Shown: in pieces, positions 53,922 to 64,000 of the stretch
How positions within the stretch are numbered: position 1 is the first letter of the stretch
How the letters are laid out: each line of letters starts with the position of its first letter
DNA from: Mobula hypostoma
Taxonomy: Eukaryota
DNA length: 64,000 nucleotides
Direction: 5' to 3'
Assembly (NCBI RefSeq): GCF_963921235.1
Contig: NC_086128.1
Coordinates: 4,464,001-4,528,000 of the forward strand
The notes under the pieces: generated by a model
What the model was told of the DNA's origin: nothing
The model's input: the letters and a program-made list of their open reading frames with translations, nothing else
Database searches by the model: none
Program-made: the position numbers and the translations under genes

Positions 53922-54112
53922 AAACAACAGGAATTCTGCAGATGCTGGAAATTCAATCAACACACATCAAAGTTGCTGGTGAACGCAGCAGGCCAGGCAG
54001 CATCTGTAGGAAGAGGTACAGTCGACGTTTCAGGCCGAGACCCTTCGTCAGGACCTCTTCCAACAGATGCTGCCTGGCCTGCTGCGTTCACCAGCAACTT
54101 TGATGTATGTTG
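53922..54112. mobile_element. Penelope-derived 191 bp fold-back element with intact hammerhead core and perfect 14-bp TSD
   Basis: ~60 bp inverted arms; the loop (rc 54019-54053) reads tcCTGACGAagggtctcggcctGAAACGTCgactg; agagagtatatcga at 53908-53921 and 54113-54126. Confidence 0.85.
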
Positions 54113-54179
54113 AGAGAGTATATCGAGTTAGGAAAGAGGCTGAGGAGAAGCGCATCCAAGGTAGTGCAGGTAGGAATGG

Positions 54180-54835
54180 GACACAGGTCGATAAGGTGGT
54201 TAAAAAGGCTTATGGAATACTTGTTTTTATTAGTCGTGACATTGAGTTCAAAGGTCAAGAGCTTATGTTACAACTTTATAGACTCTTGTTAGGCCACCCC
54301 TGGTGTTTTGCATACAGTTCTTGTCGCTCCACTATAGGAAGGACGTTGAAGCTTTGGAGAGGGCGCAGAAGAGGTTTACTGGGATGTTGCCTGGTTCAGA
54401 GGGCTATCACAAGAGGCTGAACAAACTGGGGTTGTTTACTTTGGAGCAGCTGAGGCTGGGGGGAGAGCTGATAGGGGTTTATATGATTATGAGATGCATA
54501 GGTAGAGTAGACAGAGAGTATCTGTTTTTTCCAGGGTAGAAATATCTAATACCAGATTAGCATGAATTGAAGGTGAGTCGGGGGAGTTTCAGGGGGGAAT
54601 TGAGAGGTAAGTTTTTTACTTAGGCAGTGGTAGATGCCTGGAATGTGCTGCCTGTATGGAAGTAGAGGCTTTTAAAGAGACGTTCAGATAAGCACATGGA
54701 CGTGGATATGAGGAAAGTGGAGGGATATGGACATTGTGTAGGCAGGAGGGATTCGTTTTTATTTTAATTTATTTTTAAACTGGCTCGATACAACATTGTG
54801 GGCCGAATAGCCTGTTCCTGTGCTGTACTGTTCTA
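54180..54835 (+). mobile_element. CR1 3' fragment
   Basis: QVDKVVKKAYGILVFISRDIEFK; YRKDVEALERAQKRFTGMLPG; ggccgaatagcctgttcctgtgctgtactgttcta 3' end. Confidence 0.8.
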
Positions 54836-56160
54836 TAAGCTTACAGTAACATAAATTCTACACAATTTACAAAATAAGAAAAGTAAACATAAACACACAT
54901 GTAAGTTGTGCAAGTTAATCCAGGGTCGCGTTAAGGTATTTCAGTTCGTTACGGGACCCCGATACAGTGGAGAAGAAGCTGCTGAAGAACTTTGAGATGT
55001 GAGTCTTGAAGCTCCTCTAGTTTCTGCCGAGTGGGAACATTTATTGCTTTCCTGAGACATTATCTCCTGTCGATGTCATTTATGGTGTGGAGAGCTGCAC
55101 TAGTGATGAAACTGGATGAGTATACTACACTCTGCAGCCTCTTGAATTCCTGTGCATTGAGTTTCCATACGAAGCCCCGATGTAACCCGTCAGAACGCTT
55201 TCTACCGTACATCTGTAGAAGTTTGGCAGAGTATTCGATGACATATTGAATCACCTTAAACTAAGAAAATAGGGATGCTGGAGTATATTCTTCATTGTTG
55301 CATCCAGAAGCGGTCGAGTGTGTTGAGTCCTTTGATGTTACCGGTGACATGCTGGCAGTAGTTCGGCAGAGGATTCTTCAAGTTAAACTAGTTGAAGTGC
55401 CCTTCGATGCTGAGGAAGGCATTGGTGAGGCCAGTTAATCATGGAGCTCAATCCCTCCAGTGCTAGTTTGACATCTGCCTGGGGTGGGAATGTACTTCAA
55501 CCAGTGTAACATCAGAGAACTCCCCCGCTAGATAATAATGTAAACCATACGAACGAGATAGAACCTCCTGCTCCCAGCACTCCAGCAGTTAGTCAGGAAG
55601 CAAAAGTCATCGCCTCCGCAGTTTCACTTACGCTCCATTCCTGTTGATAAACACGCCCACTTCGGAAGTGACGACCCCGTCACCTTTACCCTGGGACACT
55701 TTCGTTTCGGGTGAATTTGCCGCGAAGCCACTTCCCACCGGCAAGCTAAGCTGGAGACTAACCCGCAGCAGCGGCAGACAGAGCAGGCATCGGAATCGCC
55801 TTTCGATCCGGAGACGAAGAAGAATTGAAAGAAACGCCGAAGTGTCTTCTGTAAAGAACCCGGACACCATACTACCTTCATAGCGAGCACAGTCATAGAC
55901 AGGTGTATCCGCGCAGAGTCGCTACCAAAATGATGTGCTCGGGCTCTGTACACTGACCACCCTGCGATATGGCACCACTGGCGTTGAATTTAACAGAATC
56001 TCTGTCTGTGGATCCGAAGATCAGCGCTGAAAGGCGCAGGGTTACTGTCACCGTGATCAAATGCAGCCCTCACGGATGCACCGACACAGTCACGTCCTCA
56101 CCCCACCCCCGTCCCTTGCCAAACCTGACCCACCCTCCACAACACCTCGGACCACCCGAT

Positions 56161-59100
56161 CTGAACGAACGCATGAAGTCCGGAGCCTGGACACTGCTTG
56201 TTCTCTCCGGTGGCGGATTTTCCCGTCGTTGCTGCGGGACTCTCCCGCTTTCAGATTCCTTCCTTCGGAGCGGAGGTCGCTCTCTCCCGACGCGTTCCCA
56301 AATATCCCGCACTCATTTCACTTTTCGAATGTCACCCATTTTCGGATTTTAACATATAAAATCCGGCAGTATGGCAGAGAGAGCTCAGAGCACGATCCCC
56401 AGACACAGGACTCGGCAGCACCGGCGTCCGCTCCCGGATCACAAGCCGCGGCGTTTCTATATCCTGAGTTCCAGTCGGCGAACAAGACCGGTTTTCGGAG
56501 CTGATTCTAGTCTCATATCGGTGCTTTATTCTGTGTCGGGTGAAGATGGCATTGGGCCGAGTTTGGAGAGTTTGCAGTGTGTGGCTGTTTTTGACCGTGA
56601 CCCTGACCCTGGGCTGTGAGAGGCTGCGGTTACTGCAAGTTCTCAACACAGAGACTCTGGGCAAACTGAATGAAATGGTGAGTTGAACCCACTCCCAGAG
56701 ACGGGTCCTGACAGTCCCTGGCTGTTCGTTGTTAACAAATAGTCTGTTCTCCCGGTGTTTCTGTGTGGTGGGATTATCAGTAACGTTGGTATCTTCTGTC
56801 TCAGGGTGGCCGCCTCCCCCGACAGTGTGCGACTGAGAGGCTGTCGTTGAAAACCAAGCCTCTGGACCTGGTGAAACTTTCGGAGCAGGTTCATGTGAGT
56901 AAACTCTGGATTTTACTTTAATGTAATTCATTGGAGATATTATGCTAAGTAATGTGAAGGATCGGATCCGAACTTTACCCAGATAATTTGACTATATCAG
57001 AATATGAATTCTTTCTCTCCATGTCACACTCATTTTCTGACTCTATCACTCGGACTTTCAGGACCCCATTCACACGGAATAGATCTCATTTCAGTTATCA
57101 CACTGCTGCCCCCTTTCTCTCTATCCCACTCACGGTTAGCTCCCTCTCTGTATATAACTCCCTCCCATCATCTAATCTAATCATTTCACATGCTCTGTCA
57201 CCAATAAACATGTCACCCTGTATCACTTTCTGCTAGTTTTTCCTCTCCCTCTCTCTGTGTTCCTCTCTCTAAATATCTCTCCCGCACCCTACAGTGACAT
57301 TACGAGTTCTGTTGATCTCAGGAAATGCTTGCATCCTCTCAGATCATCACACTACCTACGTGCTTCATTGGTGATGGAACCACCTACTTCACTTTAAATG
57401 CACTGAAAAATCGTGAGGTTTCTCGTTAAATTATTTTACATTATAGCTGACCCTTTGGTATCGAGGAGATAAAAGCTGAGGGGAGACCTGACACTGGTGT
57501 GCCATATCATGCGTGGTTCTATGATTGTAGGCATCTATAAACTTTCCAAATCGAAGAAATGTATATGACCAATGTTACAGATTTAATGCAAAACTTTGGA
57601 GTACAGGATGCGATAGCAGGAAAAAAATCCACAATGCATGGATGGAATTTGGAACAAACATCTTAAGACAGAAACTCTCACGATATCTGTTCAAAGTTCA
57701 AGTGAATTTATTATCAAAATTGATATATTTCACGATATACAACCCTGAGATTTGTTTACTTGATGGCATACTCAGAAAATACTCATTAGAAAGAGGTGGC
57801 CTAGGGTCAGAAGGTGTTGAACCACTGTGGATAGAGTGTGGAACTGCAAGGGTAAAAAGTCCCTGATGGAACTTCTGTACAGATGCCCAAACAGTAGTTA
57901 GGATGTTGCCTCCAAGTTACAATGGAAGATAGAAAATGAAAGCCAAAAGGGCAATGTTACAGCAGTCTTGGGGGGACTTCAATATACAGGTAGTTTGGGA
58001 AAATCAGGTTGGTGTCAGGTTACAGGAGGTAGGATTTCTAGAGTGCCTACGAGATGGTTTTTCAGAGCAGCTCGTGGTTGGGCAGACTAGAGTATCAGTT
58101 ATTCTGGATAGGGTGTTTTGCAAAGAACCAGAATTGATTAGAGAGCTCAAGGTAAGAGAGCCTATCAGGGAAAGTGATCATAATATGATAAAATTCACTA
58201 TCCAGATCTTTCAATGTTCAGTAGGTTTCAATGAGACTCCCCACCCACCCATCTTTTTAAATCCCAGCAAGTACAGGCCCAGAGCCATCAAATACACCTC
58301 ATATATTAACCTTTTCATTTCCGGGGTCATTTTCATGAACATCCTTTGAACCCTCTCCAATGTCAGCACATCCTTTCTTAAATAAGGGGCCCAAAACTGC
58401 TTATAATATTCCAAGTGAGGCTTCACCAGCACCTTATAAAGCCTCAGCATTACATCTTTGTTTGATATTCTAGTCCTCTCGAAATGAATACTAACATTGC
58501 ATTTGCCTTCCTCACCACGACTCAACCTGCAAGCTAACCTTTAGGGAATGCTGCACAAAGACTCCCTCGTCCCTTTACACCTCTGATATCGGCATTACAG
58601 TGGAGTATAGGGAATTACAGAGGCATGAGGGAGGAGTTGGCCAAAATTGATTGGAAAAGAACACTGGCAGGGATGACAGCAGAGCAGCAATGGTTGGAAT
58701 TTCTGGAAGCAATTTGGAAGGCCGAGGATATATACATCTCAAAAAGGAAGTAGTATTCTAAAGGAAAGATGACACAACTGTGGCAAAAGAAGTGAACTCA
58801 AAGCCAACATAAAAGCCAAAGAGAGGGCATATAATTGAGTAAAGATTGGTGGGAAGTTAGGGGATTGGGAACCTTTAAAAAACTAACAGAAGGGAACTAT
58901 AAAGTCATTAAGAAGGTAACGATGGAATAAAAAAGTAAGCTGGCCAATAATATTAAAGAGGATATCAAAAGTTTCTTCAGATATATAAAGTGTAAAAGAC
59001 AGACAGGAGAGATATCGGACCACTGGAAAACGATGCTGGAGGGATAGTAATGGGGAACAAGGAAATGGCAGATGAACTGAATAAGTATTTTGCATCAGTC

Positions 59101-61329
59101 TTTACTAAGGAAAACAGCAGCAGTATGGTGGAAGTTGCAGGTAGCTGGAGGCATTAATTGTGTGAAGTTACCATAACTAGAGAGAAGGTTCTTGGGAAAC
59201 TGAAAGGTCTAAAGGTAGATACGTCACCTGGGCCAGATGGTATACACCCCAGAGTTCTGAAAGAGGTGGCTGAAGAGATAATGGAGGCATTATAATGATC
59301 TTTCAAGAATCACTAGATTCTCAAATGGTTCTGGAAAACTAGAAAATTGCAAATGCCACTCCACTCTTCAAGAAGGGTGAGAGGCAGAAGAAAGGAAACT
59401 ACAGGTCAGTTAGTCTGACCTCAGTGCCTGGGAGGATGTTGGAGTTGATTATAAAAGATGAGGTCTCAGGGTACTTGCTATAATCAGCATGATTTTCTCA
59501 AGGGAAAATCTTGCCTGATAAACCTGTTATAATTTTTTGAATTAAAAAGCAGGATGGACAAAGGTGAATTGGTTGATGTGGTGTACTTGGATTTTCAAAA
59601 GGCCTTTAACAAGGTGCCACACATGAGGCTGGCTTAACAAGCTGTGGGCCCATGGTATAGCAGGAAAGATTCTGGCATGGATAACACAGTGACTGATTGG
59701 CAGGAGGCAAAGACTGGGAATAAAGGGAGCCTTTTCTGGTTGGCTGCCGGTGACTAGTGGTGTTCCACAGGGGTCTGTGTTGGGACCGATTCTTTTTACA
59801 TTATATATCAATAATTTAGATGATGGAATTGATGGCCTTATTGCAAAGTTTGCAGGCAATATGAAGGTGGAGGGGCAGGAAGTTTTGAGGAAATAGGGAG
59901 GCTGCAGAGGGACTTTGACAGATTAGGAGAGTGGGCAAAGAAATGGCAGATGGAATACAGTGTCAGAAAGTGTAGTTCATGCACTTTGGTAGAAGAAATG
60001 AAAGGGTTGACTCTTTGCTAAATGGGGAGAAAATACAAAAAACTGAGAAGTAAAGAGACTTGGGAGTCCTTGTGCAGGATTCCCTAAAGTTTAATTTGCG
60101 GGCTCAGGCAAATATAATGTCAGCATTCATTTCAAGTGGACTTGAATATAAAAGCAAGGATGTAATGCTGAAACATTATAAAGCACTGGTAAGGCCTCAT
60201 TCGGAATATTGTGAGCAGTTTTGGGCCCCTTTTCTGAGAAAGGATGTGCTGGAACTGGAGAGGGTTCAAAGGAGGTTCAGAAAAATTGGAGGTTGGGGGA
60301 AGCTAAAGGAACTGCTTCTGTAACACTTTCATTTGTCTCCACCCAAAGTCTGAAGGTTGTAATAGCTGATGCACTCTACTTCTTTTAAAAATATGCAATG
60401 GTCAGTGTACATCAGGCTCTTGACATGGCAAACCTTTTGTCATATAGCTAAACTCCCCTTCTTATTTCCTCCTTTCCTGTTCTTCCTTCACCTGTTTTTC
60501 ATTCCTCTAAGAATTTCAATCTCTTCATGAGATTGGACATGTCTCGAAAATCTCTCCCTCACTGTCTGTGTCTTGAGGAGATCAGCCCAAATTTCTCTGG
60601 ACTCACTCTGTAACTGAAAGTCCCTGCAGCATTAATGTATTCGTGCAAATCAGTTTTGCAACCTGTCAAGGACTCGAGCAGTCTCTCCTGCACCTGAGGC
60701 CTTACTAATAGGAAATTCTCCTTTCGCTGTTTAAACTATTAACTGTAGGCTGCAGTTGACATGGCTCTGCACTTTGATAAATTCACTGAAGTTAGCAGTC
60801 CCTTAGTTAAGGTCTGTTTGTTTGAAGTTAATGACTGATTTTGTCTTGTCCTATTCTACTGAGAGTTATAAGCATTCTGTTCTAAATCTCAACTTTACTA
60901 GAACCATGGCCCTACTAATATCACCACGTGTGTTTTGCACAGGCACAGGAAAGGATCTGGATTGTCCATCAGACCCTGCATCACCTCCGCAGGATCTACA
61001 GTTTGAACCTGAGCTCAGTCACGTGGGTCCAGAGCTCAGTGGAACACTTCAGGCTTCTCTTGGATCGGCAGCTCAAAGAGCTGGAAGATTGTGTCCGGAA
61101 ACCAGGCTCAGAGTCCAAACCAAGGAAGAATGCCGCAATTCTTAAATACTTTCATGTACTGAGAGAGTTTCTGAAACAGAAGGTGAATTAACACTTGATC
61201 ACCAGCACATTATTTCAAACACTTGATATTGGTTTATTATATAACGTATTTCATTTTCTCTCTTTCAGAGATTCACTGCCTGTGCCTGGGAAATAACCCG
61301 CGCTGAGACCAGAGCACATCTACAACAGC
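56161..61329. repeat. Right arm of ~5.17 kb inverted duplication (partner 9697-14865)
   Basis: As above; includes the same decayed CR1 fragments in intron 2. Confidence 0.93.
56215..56361 (+). promoter_or_regulatory. Gene G promoter (inverted copy of B)
   Basis: Mirror image of the B promoter (coordinate sum 71026). Confidence 0.8.
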
Positions 61330-61367
61330 TCCTTCTCATTATGGCAAAGATAAACTCAGGACTCTGA
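56546..61367 (+). CDS. Type I interferon gene G, 4 exons, 186 aa (near-identical to B except C-terminus)
   Basis: Exons 56546-56677, 56805-56894, 60943-61182, 61269-61367 (RFTACAWEITRAETRAHLQQLLLIMAKINSGL*). ATTTA-rich 3' flank and AATAAA at 61528-61533. Confidence 0.94.
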
Positions 61368-61584
61368 AAGCTTTCCTGTTATATGGAGACATGCCATTAT
61401 TTATTTTTAAAAGTTGTTTTCTGTGTTAATGGTATCCCAAAATTTTGTAACCTTATTGTTATTTATTGAAGTATATACATTTTATAGTGATTTTTATACT
61501 GTTCTTTTTTATGAAGATGAGAGTCTAAATAAATTGTATCCAAAATTACACTGTTTATTTATGTTGGCTGATTTCCCTTACTCA

Positions 61585-61948
61585 GATGACGGAATTGATG
61601 GCTTTGTGGCCAAGTTTGCAGATGACATGAAGGCAAGTAGAGGGGCAGAAAGCTTTGGGGAAGTAGAGAGGCTACAGAAGGACATAGACAGATTACGAGA
61701 ATGGGCAAAGAAATGGCAGATGGAATACTGTGCAGGGAAGTGTATGTTCATGCACTTTGGTAGAAGAAATGAAAGGGTTGACTATTTTCTAAATGGAGAG
61801 AAAATACAAAAATCTGAGGTGCAAAGGGACTTGTGCAGGATTCCCTAAATGTTAATTTGCAGGTGAAGTTGGTAATAAGGAAGGCAAATGCAATGTTAGC
61901 ATTGATTTCGAGAGGACTAGAGTATAAACGCAAGGATGTAATGTTAAG
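61585..61948 (+). mobile_element. CR1 RT fragment interrupted by the Penelope element
   Basis: DGFVAKFADDMK...WAKKWQMEY. Confidence 0.8.
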
Positions 61949-63990
61949 CAACACATATCAAAGTTGCTGGTGAACGCAGCAGGCTAGGCAGCATCTATAG
62001 GAAGAGGTACAGTTGACGTTTCGGGCCGAGACCCTTCATCAGGACTAACTGAAAGAAGAGCTAGTAAGAGATTTGAAAGTGGGAGGGGGAGGGGGGAGAT
62101 CCAAAATGATAGGAGAAGACAGGAGGGGGAGGGATGGAGCCAAGAGCTGGACAGGTGATTGGCAAAAGGGATATGAGAGGATCATGGGACAGGAGGCCCA
62201 GGGAGAAAGAAAAGGGGGAGGAGGGGAAAACCCAGAGGATGGGCAAAGTCAGAGGGACAGAGGGTGAAAACCAAGCCTAATCATTTCCCCTCCACCACCA
62301 CTCTGCTCCGTCTAGCAGAATTAGTCCTTACTCTTAATAATTTCTCCTTTGGCTACTCCCACTTACTCCAAACTAAAGGTGTAGTCATGGGCACCCGTAT
62401 GGGTCCTAGCTATGCCTGCCTTTTTGTTGGCTTTGTGGAACAATCTATGTTCCAAGCCTATTCTGGTATCTGTCCCCCACTTTTCCTTCGCTACATCGAC
62501 GACTGCATTGGCGCTGCTTCCTGCACGCATGCTGAGCTTGTTGACTTCATTAACTTTGCCTCCAACTTTCACCCTGCCCTCAAGTTTACCTGGTCCATTT
62601 CCGACACCTCCTTCCCCTTTCTAGATCTTTCTGTCTCTGTCTCTGGAGACAGCTTATCTACTGATGTCTACTATAAGCCTACTGACTCTCACAGCTATCT
62701 GGACTATTCCCCTTCGCACCCTGTCTCTTGCAAAAATGCCATCCCCTTCTCGCAATTCCTCCGTCCCTGCCGCATCTGCTCTCAGGATGAGGCTTTTCAT
62801 TCCAGGATGAGGGAGATGTCCTCCTTTTTTAAAGAAAGGGGCTTCCCTTCCTCCACCATCAACTCTGCTCTCAAACGCATCTCCCCCATTTCACGCACAT
62901 CTGCTCTCACTCCATCCTCCCGCCACCCCACTAGGAATAGGGTTCCCCTTGTCCTCACCTACCACCCCACCAGCCTCCAGGTCCAACATATCATTCTCCG
63001 TAACTTCCGCCACCTCCAACGGGATCCCACCACTAAGCACATCTTTCCCTCCCCCCTGCCTCTGCTTTCCGCAGGGATCACTCCCTACACAACTCCCTTG
63101 TCCATTCGTCCCCCCCATCCCTCCCCACTGATCTCCCTCCTGGCACTTATCCGTGTAAGCGGAACAAGTGCTACACATGCCCTTACACTTCCTCCCTTAC
63201 CACCATTCAGGGCCCCAAACAGTCCTTCCAGGTGAGGCGACACTTCACCTGTGAGTCGGCTGGGGTGATATACTGCGTCTGGTGCTCCTGATGTGGCCTT
63301 CTATATATTGGCAAGACCCAATGCAGACTGGGAGATCGTTTTGCTGAACACCTACGCTCTGTCCGCCAGAGAAAGCAGGATCTCCCAGTGGCTACACATT
63401 TTAATTCCACATCCCATTCCCATTCTGATATGTCTATCCATGGCTTCCTCTACTGTAAAGATGAAGCCACACTCAGGTTGGAGGAACAACACCTTATATT
63501 CCGTCTGGGTAGCCTCCAACCTGATGGCATGAACAATGACTTCTCAAACTTCTGCTAATGCCCCACCTGCCCCTCGTACCCCATCCGTTATTCATTTATA
63601 TACACACATTCTTTCTCTCTCTCTTCTTTTTCTCCCGCTGTCCCTCTGACTATACCCCTTGCCCATCTCCTGGGATTTTACCCCCCTCCCCCTTTTCCTT
63701 CTCCCTAGGCCTCTTGTCCCATGATCCTCTCATATCCCCTTTGCCAATCACCTGTCCAGCTCTTGGCTCCATCCCTCCCCCTCCTGTCTTCTCCTATCAT
63801 TTTGGATTCCCCCCTCCCCCTCCCACTTTCAAATCTCTTACTAGCTCTTCCTTCAGTTAGTCCTGACGAAGGGTCTCGGCCCGAAACGTCAACTGTACGT
63901 CTTCCTATAGATGCTGCCTGGCCTGCTGCGTTCACCAGCAGCTTTGATGTGTGTTGCGTGAATTTCCAGCATCTGCAGAATTCCTCATGT
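61949..63990 (+). mobile_element. 5'-truncated Penelope-like retroelement (RT + GIY-YIG) with inverted upstream pseudo-LTR
   Basis: RT ORF 62264-63235 (LNNFSF, GVVMGTRMGPSYA, LRYIDD); after a frameshift, CKRNKCYTC and VIYC...LYIGKT...RFAEH (GIY-YIG). 61949-62250 is the reverse complement of the 3' terminus; hammerhead cores at ~62010-62046(-) and ~63859-63896(+). Confidence 0.92.
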
Positions 63991-64000
63991 TTATGTAATA

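Noticed and set aside
1-64000. CRISPR arrays, prokaryotic operons, rRNA
   Set aside because: None seen; spliced genes and vertebrate TEs throughout.

Overview
Vertebrate, non-prokaryotic DNA, most likely from a cartilaginous fish (inferred from the CR1/Penelope repeat landscape and the 4-exon IFN structure). The window holds a cluster of intron-containing type I interferon genes, which the ORF track shows only as fragments because they are spliced. I assembled six complete 4-exon genes by hand from GT-AG splice sites, all introns phase 0, 186-196 aa, each with a signal peptide and a CAW(E/K) motif: A(+,669-3092), B(-,9659-14480), D(-,28089-30863), E(-,41186-44925), F(+,47240-51892), G(+,56546-61367). 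There is also a 5'-truncated copy C (promoter plus exons 3-4 only) and a tiny relic of an eighth gene near 5.7 kb. Notable structure: (i) promoters carry an inverted, split look-alike of the mammalian IFN-beta enhanceosome; (ii) promoter, exons 1-2 and most of exon 3 are homogenised between copies, while intron 2, exon 4 and the 3' UTRs are divergent; (iii) B and G share a ~5.17 kb inverted copy with no indel that stops mid-exon 4; (iv) gene E changes the predicted high-affinity receptor face, and gene A has a rewired cysteine pattern. The rest is transposable elements: CR1 LINEs (one nearly intact, several nested), Penelope-like elements and small fold-back derivatives with minimal hammerhead ribozyme cores, a decayed R4/Dong-type element in a (TAA)n site, a solo LTR, a Tc1-like element and SINEs.
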